DNA from: Neoechinorhynchus agilis
Taxonomy: Eukaryota > Animalia > Acanthocephala
Assembly: GCA_051530055.1 (NCBI GenBank)
Contig: CM121342.1
Location: forward strand, 15,329,480 to 15,393,479
DNA: 64,000 bases
Reading direction: 5' to 3'
Made by a program: the position numbers and the translations under genes
Part shown: one piece after another, positions 12,201-24,855 of the stretch
How positions within the stretch are numbered: the stretch's first letter is position 1
Layout of the letters: every line of letters begins with the position of its first letter
Notes under the pieces: model-generated
Databases searched by the model: none
What the model was told of the DNA's origin: nothing
Seen by the model: the letters and a program-made list of their open reading frames with translations, nothing else

Positions 12201-12680
12201 TAACGTATACCCTAAACACTTTGCTCACTTTTATCTCTCTGCCATCCTCCCTACCCTTACATACGCCTTCCCCACTTTCCTCGCCCCTTTCCGCCAATGG
12301 TCTCCATTCCCTCGAAACCTTCCACAAGAGAGCAGCGAGAATATGCGGGACTTCACTCCCTCCCCTCGACGCCCACCTCCACTCCATTTTCTCCAAAAAG
12401 GCCCTTCGTCTTCTTCAACCCCCTCCACAATTTTCTTCCCTCATCGCTAAATACTCGTCCCTAGTAAACACCAGGAAAACCAACCTTTTTCATCCCCCAG
12501 CCCAATCTTTCCTCAATAACCGAAGAACAAAGAGAGACTCCTAATCTGTCATTCTCCTGTAAAACTCCAAAGACAAATCCCACTTCCCTGCCTCAACATC
12601 CGACATCCAGACAACTTCAGCAAAGATAGATGCTGGCAAGTGTATGGATCGTTGTTCTTAATTAATAAAACGTGTTTATC
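9240..12680 (+). mobile_element. CR1/L2-like non-LTR retrotransposon (family A), frameshifted
   Basis: AP endonuclease motifs YSNIR, ITETW, GDFN, LDKIF in ORF 9709-10659. RT motifs QFAF, LDISRAF..IDH, YADD in ORF 10815-11996. The 3' end is shared with the copy at 56968-58444. Confidence 0.88.
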
Positions 12681-13329
12681 GACATTACTACAGTTTTGTT
12701 GCAATCCGGCACGTAAAGCATCGTATCGAAAAGCGATACCTTATTGTGGTTAAGGGATAACATTAAGAATTCGAAGAGGCAATAGAGATGCGTATCTCCT
12801 TTAATGAGAATTTAAGTACTCGCATGCCACACATAAACATGAAGGATTCATTATATATAAATTTGCAGAAGAGATTGACTCTTTTGTTAGCTCAAGTAGA
12901 AAAGACTCAAGGCAACTCGAGGTTAACAACGGCGGATAAAACATGACGGTCGTTTTTAACAATTATTCAAAAGATTTTTGTAGGAAAATAATTTCAATGA
13001 TAGAGGCACACTGCTGTGGCGGCTTGGAACAATTGGGCTCAATTTTGCTTTTATGCGATTTCTTGACATCTTTACTTATTTCGGTCGCCATCTTAATGTG
13101 ATTTCAAACTATGTCAGCCAATAACAAAAAACAATCAATCCCCGTAATCTCGTCTCTTGATATAAAACTTGGGCGGGTTAACTTTAGCTCGGTTCAGCTT
13201 CCTATCGTTGGAACTTAAACCCGCGATACGGTATTGTTAAAATCACGAGGTATTCTACTAAAGAGCACCGAAAGCGTTGGATGCTATTTGCTTAATTTTG
13301 ATTGTCTTTTGATAATTCCATATGCAAAT

Positions 13330-13520
13330 GTTTACGAGACAGCGTTTGTGATTCATTAGTTAGATTGAGTTCTTTATGTCAGCTTGACAAAATACAGAAT
13401 TTCTCAACAAGCGAGACGAACTTTCCGCTTCCATGTCTTTAACACACTTCACATCTCCACTCGCCTTTGTAGATTCCTGAAGACGTAGGACTTCGAAAGC
13501 TTGAAAATAATGATTTTTCT
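13330..13520 (+). mobile_element. PLE 3'-end relic with a degenerate hammerhead (13474-13505)
   Basis: EFLNKRDELSASMSL matches ELLNARDELSATMALL of the PLE at 54 kb. It is followed by ttc-CTGAAGA-cgtaggacttc-GAA-AGCT-T-gaa. Confidence 0.65.
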
Positions 13521-13989
13521 TTATCATTACAATAGCCCGCACAATTGCCCATCTGAAAATAAAACTTTTATAACACTACATAAAATGAATTTTAAATAGA
13601 AAAGATAAGCCAGGCGCCATATCGATCCATAGATAAATCCTTCCCTCTTACGAGTAAATGATAACAAACGAAGGAAAAAAATCGAAATGAATCCAAGATT
13701 GAAAAATTCGGAAGGCGGGTGGAACCGGCCGCTATTTTGATTGATAAAATTGAAATTCAATGAACGTATAGGAATTATCGAGAAAAAAATTAATTTATAA
13801 TCCACTGAAAGGACGACGAATTCGCAATAAACAATCTTCATTACATTTTTTTGCTTTCCTTCAACGTCTGATGACAACTTAGATGCATAATGTTTACAAA
13901 TCCATCGCCAATTGTTTACCGTATATAGAAAGCAAAACTTCGGCGAATATTGACAGTTTGCTGCACTTCAGGAGCGGATAAGAGAGAAT

Positions 13990-15400
13990 GTGTGAATACG
14001 TTAAAGGTTGAAGCTTTCATCGCTCGAAAAAGACAATGGCAACTCATATCGCATACTCCATAGTCCAAGGAATGGTGAATGAAATGGAAAAGGACATTTG
14101 TGCCGCTATCGGAAATAGTGAGTGCTGTCATCTTACAGCAGTCCGGTATAGAGTCCTCGTCTTTTCAGGGGATATCTACGTCAGAATCAGGGTGAGTTTT
14201 ATTGAAAATACGATAAAAGTGCTAATTAACTCAAATAGATTAAATACAACGGATGCATTTATTACGACATTGAGGGCCTTTTTTCGATCGATGCACCCAA
14301 CGGAGCCGTGATGACGTTTTTAGAGATCATTAGGTCCAACGTAGATCCGACGAGTAGCTTATAAGCGCTCTAAGGATTAGATGAAGTCGATTTAGTTAGA
14401 ATCTCCTTACCCCATAGATTTCACAATAAATTTTAGTTAGCGTACATGATATTCCGGGGAAGTTCATCCGCATTTTAAAGACATTTCAAGAAAAGTTTTA
14501 ATACATTGATTTCATTGCAAATTATATGAAGAAAGGACAAGTCATAATGTCGTTTGCAGTTCATGGCTCAGATCAGATTTGGATTCTTAAAAGTAAACTA
14601 CATTCATGAACGCGACGACATAACGTTCCAGGCATTATTTGGCAGACATAAAAAAAGAGCCACTTGATTGTATAGATTATCCAATACATTAGATGGAACG
14701 AACTTTTAGACGGGAAATGAAGAAATTAAATGGAGGTTACGCCAGATTAAAATATGAGCTCCATTTAAATTTTGACAAAAAACTTTCCATCGTCACTTTT
14801 TGTCGATTGGCATGGCACAAGAATGAATCTTTAACTGTAATATCGGAGCAAAAAGACAGATATAAAAAAATCAGAGTTAAAGAAAAAATTGACAGTACAT
14901 CGAACTCGCTAAAACACAATGACAAAAACATTGAGCAGCATTTAGCGACCCTTCCCATCTTCGCAGAGAAATTCATGTAAAACAATATTCGGAACGGAAA
15001 ATTTTAACGGAGAAATTGATTAGGAAGACAAACAATGGTATTATTGGGGAGTATCAAAGAACTCAACCATGTAGAAGAAAATGATTTCACTTATTAAATG
15101 TTGGGACATTTTTTTAAAAGATTTAATTGTACAATTTTTGAGACTTAGATTACTGAGGAAAATAAACACAGGGATGTTAAATTGTCAGAAGCGACGTTAC
15201 GGTCTCTATGAGGTTGAAAGACTTACGAATTAATTAGAAACTGATGGGAAGATCTTTGGTGCTCTTAGCTGGTGACTTTAGTCCAAAGCTTCCAGTCATA
15301 CCCAAGTCAGCAATGGCTGTCGAAATAAATGCTTCCCTGAAGGCTCCACCGTTTTCGAAACATGCTCAAACACTTCTATTTTGTGCATTTATAAAAGTGC
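13990..15400 (+). pseudogene. Possible decayed cadherin-repeat gene
   Basis: Scattered cadherin-like fragments: HIAYSIVQG, YNGCIYYDIEGLFSIDAPNGAVMT, GGYARLKYEL..EQKDRY, LLAGDFSPKL..VEIN..PPF. They are broken by stops and no complete repeat can be built. Confidence 0.35.
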
Positions 15401-15974
15401 AACTTTTGCGAGATAACTGTTGAAGCGTTCGCGCAAATTTTTCATTCGAATTGATGATCTTGTTTTCCTATGGATGCAATTGCTAGGGAAATTTAATTTT
15501 CGTTAAAGTTCTTGTAATGCTGTCGCAATCCTTTTAAAGTGCGTGAATGATCAGAGCGAGATTAGCACCACTAAAACTCCAGCGCAATGCTCCCTTTGTC
15601 GACGTTGCAACAAGGACCAGTTAAATTACGATGTCCAAGCTCCACCCTTCAGTTAGCTAAATCCACCGCTGCCGCATGTGATTCGTTCACAATTCCATCT
15701 ATGATTGAAAATCTGTTTCAATCACTTTCTCATGTAGAAGAGATCTTAATGGAGGAATTACTGCGAGATCGGACTAAATATATAACGGAATCAAAGAGCG
15801 ATTGAGAATTGAAGCACTAGAAGTTGAATAGCATCTTTCGTGAAGTGATAGCCGCCAGAGATTTGAAAGGAATTGGTGGCTTTATTTATGGACCATTACC
15901 GTTCCCGTGATGTATCCAATGGTCAAAACGAAAATAATATGAAGATCGGCCCGGTAACATTGACAACAGCGTCT

Positions 15975-16375
15975 GTACTTAAATGCATACCAATTATTTC
16001 GGCAGTCAATGAACCTGCGTACCGATTATCTCGCTACCTGGCAATTAGCTCACTGCTTTAGAGAATGTTGAGGCTCATTTAATTCTCCGAATGTGCGATG
16101 CATGATTTAAATGGTAGCCAGGTTATGTCTTTTGAATTTTTCTTGATCCATTCGAACATCGACAAGGGGAGAACATTACGAGGACTCAAGAAGCAGTTGA
16201 ATGAGAACAAAGAGGTCCTAAACCTATTCGGAATGCTGCCGGCGGAAGTGAGTTGATTCAATCGAATGGTTTTAGAGTACAACCTCTTTCGATATAGCGA
16301 ACGACTTTATAGACAAATCAGTGGATTGTAGATGGCAAACAGTCTTTCTCCCCTCTTGGCAATGATTTTCCTCGG
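15975..16375 (+). mobile_element. PLE reverse-transcriptase fragment
   Basis: PIISAVNEPAYRLSRYL and YRQISGL*MANSLSPLLAMIF resemble PLE RT motifs, with stops and frameshifts. Confidence 0.65.
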
Positions 16376-19300
16376 GGCTAGTGTTGTGTGGTGTATTCCG
16401 GTAACTTAAAAGAAATTGGTGAATTGAGAGCATATTTTTGTACCGATCGTTTTTGATGTGTACTCGTCTCTTGAAGGCTCCGATGAACCTCTCTACCAAA
16501 CCGTTGGTTTGAAGATGGTAGGGAGATGAACGGACATGCCTTATCCCATTTGTTGAACAAAACTGTTTAAATTTTTGCGCACTGAACGGGTTGGATATTG
16601 TCAGATATGATTTCGGCTGGGACTCCGAATCGTGCAAAAACGGATCTTAATTTGTCGATGGTTTCGAATGCAGATGTTGAGTGTATTGGAAAAATCTCCG
16701 GCCAGTGGCTATACGCGTCTATAAGCACTAGAAACGATTGTCCATTGATTGGTCCCGCAAAATCCAAATGGATTCGGGGCCACGGTTCCTCTGGCACATC
16801 CCATTGGTACATCGGAGTTTCTGCTGCATCTGATCTCCTGCTCTGGCAGTTCACGCACGTTCCTAACTTGTGCTCGATGTCCTCTCGTATGGATGGCCAC
16901 CAGCAATAATACCTTGCTAGATCTATCATTGCTGTTATCCCGGGGTGTTCAGTATGTAAGACATCAAGTGCTTTATTCCTCAATGCCTGGGGGATTATAA
17001 GGCGTTGCAACCATAGGATGACTCCGTCCTCTACTGAAAGCTCTTGTCTGCGAGACGAATATTGGTGTAGTTCCGGAGGGACAATGGATGGCCAACCACT
17101 CACTAAGTACCGCTTCACCATACGCAATTCCGAATCTGATTCAGTCGCTTCGCGCATACTATTCATAGTCAATTCCATCTCATTTATCATATAATCTTGA
17201 ATTAAGTCAATTTCGCTGTCTTCGTCGTGGGTGACTGAGCATGTGAATCGGCAAAGTGTGTCGGCTATGTGATTATTTTGTCCTCTAAAGAATTCAAGCT
17301 CATAGTTGTATTGTGATAATTCAATGCCTTAGCGGACCAATCGTTGATTTGTCATCTTGGACAAGTTTCGCTTAACTCCATAAATATATTTTAGCGCTTG
17401 TGGCCACTACAAATCTTAAACTTTCGGCCTGCTAAATATTGGTTGAATTTTCGAGTAGCAAACATGATGGCTAGGCCCTCTTTTTCCACCTGGGAGTAGT
17501 TTTTCTCTGGCCCCTTAAGGATTTTCGACGCATACGCCACTGGTAATGTGCTTCCATCTGCTTGTACTTGCATTAATACCGCTCCAAGGCCTTTGTCGCT
17601 TGCGTCGCACCATAATTCAGTTTGTTTGTCAACTTGAAATGCCTTGAGGAATTGAGCTTTCGTTAAGGATTCACGCACTTCCTGGAAAGCATGCTCGTGT
17701 TCGGACTTCCATTCCCATCGTCTTCTTTTTGTGTCAGCTCATAAAATGCTCGACATTTAGGTTGAAGTTCTGGAATAAATTTGTTTAGGAAATTGACTGT
17801 CCCGAGAAATGACCTAAGCTCCCCTTTATTCGATGGCAGCGGTAAGGCCATGATTGCTTGAATCTTTTGTTGACTTGGTTGAATGCTGTCTCGATGTAAC
17901 GTATGTCCGAGGAATTCTATGGTGTCCTGAACGAATATACATTTTTTTCTATTTAATTTCAATCTAACTCGATTGAATCTATTAAATATTTCGGATAAGC
18001 TTGCTAGATGAACGTTGAGAGTTCGTCCTGTAATTAGTACATCATCCAAGTAAATTGCGATGCCAGGAATTCCTTCGAGTAGTTCATCCATGTAACGTTG
18101 TAAAACTGCCGGAGCTGAGCTGATTCCAAATGGCAGTCGTTTGTATCGTAAAAATGCTCGATGGGTCGAGATTGTCAAGTATTTCCTAGAGTCCGCGTTG
18201 ACAGGTAGTTGCCCTCCCGCTATTTGGTTGACGATCCCTTCCAATGTAGGAATGGCGTAGTTATCGATTGTTAGATGTGGATTAATTGTTACTCGAGCCT
18301 CCGCATATCCTGATATCACCATTAGGTTTTCTTGCAATCACAATCGGCGCAGCCCATTCGATAGAGTCTTTACGTAGATCAACTTTCTCCAGCACATCTA
18401 ATTCTAATTGTCTTATCAACTCGTTTTCTACTTTTTTCTTCAATGTCAGTGGAATTCTTCGACTTGCCCATCTTCGTGGTGTGGCATTGGGTGCGATTGC
18501 TAGTGATATTTCGGTATTATTGACAGGAGTATTCGATTCATCGAAAATCGACTTATTCTTCAATAGTAGCTGATGGGTTGAGGTAACGGCGGAATCGATA
18601 TCTGATTCTGTTTGCTGGCTATCAAGGCTGTGACATACGACATCAGGCCAAGGAATTTCGAAAGCGTCTATCCAGGGACATCCAAATTGACTATACTTCC
18701 GGTTTCGTATCAGAATGACTTCTAACTGCTTTTGTCTTTCTCCCAAACTCGCATTGATATTGCATTTTCCCAGGGTTACTAACCGTTTGCCACCATACGC
18801 CTTGAGGGGTTTGGCAGCATTCAAAGTTGGCTGGCCTATTCTACGCCAATCTGCCATAGTCAACACCGATACACTGGCACCAGTATCATATTCCATCGTT
18901 ATTTGTGTCCCATTTATTTGGGCATCTATTCTCGGAATCTGATTCTCCACTATCGTTGTATGGTTTACATTTATTATCGTATTTAGTTCTTCAATTTGAT
19001 CTACCGGGTACCTTGATCGGCAATACGATCTAAAATGACCCGTCCTTTAGCGTTTGAAACAACTCTTGTTCTTTGCTGGACACTTCGATATTTCGTGCTC
19101 TAGTCCACATCTTTTACAGCGTTGTTTAGGTCTTTTCTCTCTTTGATCACGTATATTATACCGTTTTGGAATCATGTCAATTTCGAATCTTTCCGTCTTG
19201 CATATATTTTGCTGTGTACAAATCATTCGGAAGTTCTTGAACTACATACTGCTTCCTCCACGACGTATCCTTTATCATTTCAAACGTTTCACAAATCTTC

Positions 19301-20190
19301 ATCACATCGCTCAAATAAGGTGCTGCCATTTGCAAAATTTTGTTCCTCACCTCATCGTGTGGCGTTCCAATCACTATCTGGTCTCTGATCCGGTCATCGA
19401 TCACATCTTTTTCCGAATTGATGGATTCATTGAAAAATTGACATAATCCAGCTTTTCTCGTAGGTCTGCAATCCATGATGTATAAGTTCGACCATTTTTC
19501 ATTTCGCATTGACTAAATGCGAAACGCGCAGCGACGATATGGATTGAGCCTGAGTAATGGGTATCCAGCAATTCTATCAATTTATGGTAATCATATCGTT
19601 GACATCTTTTCCCGTATTTAGACTTGACAGTGGTTGGTATGCCGATGGCCCAATGCATGATAGGAACATGTTTCTCATCATTAGTCGATCGGTGACATTT
19701 TGAGCAGCAAAGTGAAACCCGAGTTGCTGTTTGTAGCTTCGCTAACTTTCTTTTTCCTCAAGAAAGGGCCAGAATCCCGTTGCTCGCACATTATCCTTCC
19801 TGGCAGTCGTGTTCGAATTATCCCGCGTTAGCAACTGTTCTAATAATTATTGCTGTCGTTGGAGAATTGTTCTTAATAAACCACACTCGTCGCCAGTTGT
19901 GGTAGCCATATAACAACTACTAGTTTGTTATTGGAAGTCTGCCTTCCAACTGGCACACGCTATCTATATGTATGTGGTCTGAATCGATATTCAATACGAC
20001 ACACATACTTTTATGTGTATCGCATGGATCGATACTTAGATTCTCTTTCCTTTTCTTTTGGGGAATCATATCGCGGGCATGGTTTACGTTCCCTTGATTC
20101 CCGTCCTGAAAATGTTATTGGTGGGTTTGTTTGTTCTGTGTCTCATGCTCCAGGCTTCTTGACTTTCCTGTCCCTGACTTAGTTGTGATC
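16376..20190 (-). mobile_element. Ty3/gypsy LTR retrotransposon (Mag-like), inactive, 3' end truncated
   Basis: gag with two CCHC knuckles (~19030-19120), protease YDTGAS, RT YLDD, RNase H CDASDKGLGAVL, then integrase HHCC, RIHLDFAGP, SDN and NGLVERF, in PR-RT-RH-IN order. Several frameshifts. The LTR boundary is approximate. Confidence 0.92.
19886..19895 (-). promoter_or_regulatory. Primer-binding site TGGCGACGAG (tRNA-Ser(GCU)-type)
   Basis: Lies just upstream of gag and follows ...CCACA-AC. This PBS is typical of Mag-group elements. Confidence 0.7.
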
Positions 20191-20237
20191 TATTCTGTTC
20201 CTCCGCACATGCTCCTCGTGCGCAACAAGCTGTTGAG

Positions 20238-20993
20238 GTGGAGGGTGGCAAACGACCACCCAATGTTCTGAGAATTCCCGTGCCTCCGGACATTCGGAGT
20301 CAACTTCTCAGCGATCAAAACAGTAAGCACTTCGTGGAGGTGCCTTCAAAAAGATGGCCCAATACGATAAGAATCGAAGCAAATCCAATACAACCTAGAG
20401 AAGAGCTACACAGACGTTATCTGGCGCCGTGGCTCAAATCCTTTAAGGATGATATCCATCGTATTTCATCTATCAGCTATTTCGGAGGAATATTGAAAAT
20501 CAGGTCTATAGCAGCGGATTTTATGAAGGCTTATCTGGCTTTCATCAAGAAAAACTGCGACCTAGCAGGTGTGACAATTTCGAACACAAGTTATGAATCA
20601 ACCTTTATCGTTTCTGGGCTCTCTTCAGATATTGATGACGCAGATAAGATAGCGTTCGAGGAAAAATTCGGAGTCAAATTGCTCTTTTTCCTCAAGTCAT
20701 CAAGAACGGGGAAGTTTATTCCCAAAGCTGTTGTAAAAGCTGCGGTCGAAGAGAGGGACGCACCATGCACTGAGCGACCCTTTTTCCAATCCATGGAGGT
20801 TAAATTTACTTCAAACAAGATTTCGCGTTACGACGACTATTACTTTCCTCGATGCAGTTTGTGTCAATGTTGGGGACATTATGAACAGAGGTGCCCGTCC
20901 AAGGTCACGCGGTGCGCTTTTTGTGGCCAAGACCACCACAGTACCAAATGTGACAAAAAGAAAAGGCACAAGATCATTCTCACAAATGGATAA
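20238..20993 (+). mobile_element. Gag-like ORF1 of a non-LTR retrotransposon (CCHC knuckles); no ORF2 follows
   Basis: CSLCQCWGHYEQRC and CAFCGQDHHSTKC at the C-terminus of a 251-aa ORF. Confidence 0.7.
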
Positions 20994-21170
20994 AGGCCAT
21001 TTTACGTTCGGATGATACCCATGACCTTATTGTCAGTGCGGATCCTACGTTGACAGGTCTCATTCTTTTCTAGACTTGTGTCTTGCTCTAAGTAACTCAT
21101 TCGTTAAATCCAAACTGGTTTCTCAATCATCAATTTTCCGCATTGCTAGACACGATATCTTAGTGTGGGA

Positions 21171-24100
21171 TTGTATTGTATTGTATGCAACGGTACTTTC
21201 CTACGTTGCACCGTAGGTATAAGCCTGTCAAATAGAATTAGACTCCGCAAGGGATCTAAAATACACGACAGCAGTCCTGGTATGCGGGCAATTCGCGTCT
21301 CTTAAAATCAGGTCATCGTATGTACGACAGTTCCCTTTGCCTTTACGATACAATGTCGTTGGCTTCCAGAAAAGGAACTGTTGCACGACCTGTGGGCAAG
21401 ATGCCTCGGACCGAATTATATTGCCCGTGAACTGCAGTCGTCTGCGGCGCAAATATTCACTGTGCGGTTGGACTCCGGCTCTCTTATACAGTGCTTTGTT
21501 GGTCACTTTATCTGGCCATCTGACCTTGAACGCCGTACGTAAGAGAGATGAATGATTTTGATCCAACTGCCTCGTCGCCGCTGTTGACAGTGTCCAGGGT
21601 CTCTGCATTGTAGTAGAGAATGCTCTCAATTAGAGCCCTAAACAGCTTCGAACGGAGTTCGTCTGGCAAAGACACTGTCAAACAGTGGTTTAAGTTGCCC
21701 CATTGCTCTCCAAGCTATAGCTCTCCTTCGGCTGACATCCGCACTCACCTCAGGAACGACAGCTCCCAGATAGACATACCGCTCTATCTGTTTTAATTGC
21801 CCAACGCCATTCGACCCTTCGCCAGAGACTGCATGCACGACATGCGGAATGGTCAAGAATTCCGCCTTCTTCGAGTTGATGTTCAGACCAATCATACTCG
21901 CCCTCTCGCACGGTCTATTTAGCATGCGTTGAGCTCCTTCGACTGTTGAGGACATCAATACGATGTCGTCGGCATATGCCATGTAGGAAGCGCGTATCTC
22001 AGGATACCTGCGACCTCTTTTCCTCAACAGAAGAAATCCATCTTCATCATTCGGTAGTGCCCATCTCATTACCCAATCAAGCACCAAGATGAAGAGGAAA
22101 AAAGCCAATGTGTCGCCCTGCAGAACAACTGAAGTGGTGAAAAAGTATTCTGTCAAACCGCCAGCTGTCTTTACGGCGGACCTTGTGTTTTTATATAATG
22201 CCACAACGGACGTGACAATGATCGGCGGCACTCCATACTCCTTTAAGATACCGCCAATCATCGTTCGATTTACCGAATCGAAAGCTCGACGGAAATCAAT
22301 AAATACCAGCGTCACATCCGTTTGATGAATTCATGCTTCCTCGAGGATCCTCCTCAAACCCAATATGTGCTCTGTGGTGCCTCGACCTTTTCTGAAGCCG
22401 TTCTGTTCAATTCTTAGAAACGGTTCTAGGATTGGCTGAATTCGGCGTCTCAAAATGCTGCTGAAAAGTTTTGCCGTGTTGGACATCAAGGATATACCTC
22501 TGTAGTCCTCCACCTTTGTCGAGCAGCATTTCTTGGGGATCATTGTTAAATGTGCCGCTTGTCAGATTTGAGGGATTGAGCCACCATTCATTATGTTATT
22601 CATTGTCGGTATGATTTTTCTGACAACAGATTCAAACCTCAGTACCTCTACCATTATCCCATCTGGGCCTGATGCACGTCCCGCACGCATCATTTTCGCC
22701 GCAGCGATCGCTTCCTTCACGGAAATCGGTCCAGTGAAGTATGCCTCAGTGCTTGAGACGATTGTGCCTTTTGGAAGTGCAGGACTCACTTCCAAAGACG
22801 ATAATGGCGAATTGAGAATTTCCGCAAAATAATTTGCGATTCGCTTTTTTCTGATTTCCGGGGAGAGACCTTCAATCAAAGTTGGCTGTCTTTGAGATCT
22901 TCCTGTGAGAGTGTTTATCGCTCTCCATGCTAAGGAGGTACGAACAAAACCTTCCTTATATGCGATCCCGCGAACTGCATCCTCTATCGAAGCCTTTTGC
23001 TTTTCATTATAGAGGTTGGCAAGTTCAAGACTTGCAATGCGAGCCTCAGATCGTTTTCCTCTTTTTCTTAGAGTTTTGATCTGCTAAGCCATTGCCATAA
23101 ATTCACAGTCCTGGTTTTCTCGGCCGCTTCGGTCACTGCGTCGCAGATTGACTTGTAATAAAAATCAATATCCGTTTCAGCAGCTGGCATCGAGCTCAGT
23201 TGACTCTCTAGTTCGATATCGAACTCTTTCTTCTTCTCCTCATTAGCGAGGGCGCCATAGAACGGGCGTGGAGGATGTTGGGGCGTACGGAACAACGAGT
23301 CACTCATGCTCAACTGACACATCACCAACTTGTGGTCGGTTGGCAGCCATCAACTGTGAATGTGTCAGCTTTTTTGACCCGACATTTTTCCCTACGTCTC
23401 AACAGTATATGGTCAAGCTGAGCTAAGCGTCTCTTGGGATTTTCTCCCATGGCATGTTTGGACGGATTCTTTTGACCCATAAACGTCGCCAAACGCCACG
23501 GACGCTTCCGGAATAAAGTGTTAGCAGACACGAGATCATGTCGCTCCAGCGCCTCAACCAAGTACCGGCTGTTCCGATTCTCGCCTTTCAACACATATAG
23601 CGATCTTTCGGAATGCGGTAAAATCCCGTTGAAGCCACCGGCTATTAGGAGGGTGTCTACGTTCGGTACATCATATAATGCTTCGGCTAGATTTCCATAA
23701 AATTCTTCAACCGCCTCTTCATCCGACGAGGAGGTCGGTGAATATACGCCAAAAGCATAGAGATTTCTCGACCGAAGCTTTATGCTGACACGAAGGATTC
23801 GGTCAGTTATAATAAAGCATAGTGCTGAGTTTCGGAGGCGGGGTGATAAACAAACGCCTACACCTCCGTTTCCTCGACTGTCCACAGATAGGTAAGATAA
23901 TGACCAGCCTCCTCCTAAATCCTCCTGATTTACGTCTGTGTCTGACTGGCCTCTTATGCGCAATTCTTGTAAAAACACAAGATCCATTCTGGCATCCCTT
24001 GCCACTTTGGCCAGGGTTCCCCTACGCCATTGCGCTCGCAGACTCCTACAATTCAAGGATCCGATTCGTAATCCTCTTCTATCTGAAATAGCTAGGCCAA

Positions 24101-24566
24101 AGGGCTCACGGCTGTCAGCGCCACCTGAACAGTCCGTACCCACCACGGTGATGAGCTTCGACTGACGCTTTCGTTGCCTCCGGCGACAGTTTCGCTCATT
24201 TCGACGCTCAAGTCGTCGGCGAGAGCTACGACGCCCTCGCTTTTTCCCGTTGCACTGGTGGATTTTGTTGCTCCTGTTTGCTGCTGCATCACCAACTGGA
24301 GCGGCACACCGACCCCGCGTTGACAGGCTACTATCAGTAGCTGTCGGGCCGCCGGAGCTGCTTCTTTTACGTGACCGGCAAGAATCAGCAACATCATGTC
24401 CGATCATCGTGAAAGAAAGTTTGGGACGAACTATAATGAACTCAAACATGGGGCATTTGTGGATAAAAAGATTATGCTGGTGAATAAAAGGAATTAATTT
24501 GTTAACTATAAATCCTTTTCCTGTATTAAAAAACTTCCAGGGAGGTTCTTTTGGTTTTTTGGGCAA
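21171..24566 (-). mobile_element. Near full-length RTE-group LINE, frameshifted
   Basis: APE motifs GSLNCRSL, LQELR, GVYSPT, LDHIL. RT motifs FIDFRRAFDSV, LQGDTLA.FLFILVLD, YADD. The 3' end has a 7-bp stem-loop (21186-21210) followed by (TACAA)3. Confidence 0.9.
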
Positions 24567-24654
24567 GGGCGACTTCCGGAATTTAGGTTCTATTTCGCCA
24601 AACTTTTTATTAATAAATCAAATAAAATGTTTAATAGGCGGAATACCTCGATTT

Positions 24655-24855
24655 AGCCGGGGCCCATGTGTTTGTGCCTTTTGGGGTTGAGACCTACAGA
24701 TCTCTTGATAGCGAGGCTCTTCAACTCCTGAGGGATCTGAAGCGACGCCTTCAGGTTACAACCGGCGATGACCTGGTTCAAAATATCAGCATCGCCGTGT
24801 GAGAGGCAACACTGCAAGCATTCGGGCGACAATTGAGGACGAGGATGGCGAATAA
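24655..24855 (+). mobile_element. CRE-like (RLE) retrotransposon 3' fragment
   Basis: VFVPFGVETY...QNISIAV*RGNTASI, homologous to the tails at 42.2 kb and 59 kb. Confidence 0.65.

Noticed and set aside
24480-24566. KFFNTGKGF...FIHQ resembling cold-shock RNP1/RNP2 at the start of the RTE ORF
   Set aside because: RNP1 lacks the GF pair, the spacing is wrong, and the segment is AT-rich sequence probably upstream of the true start; likely chance.
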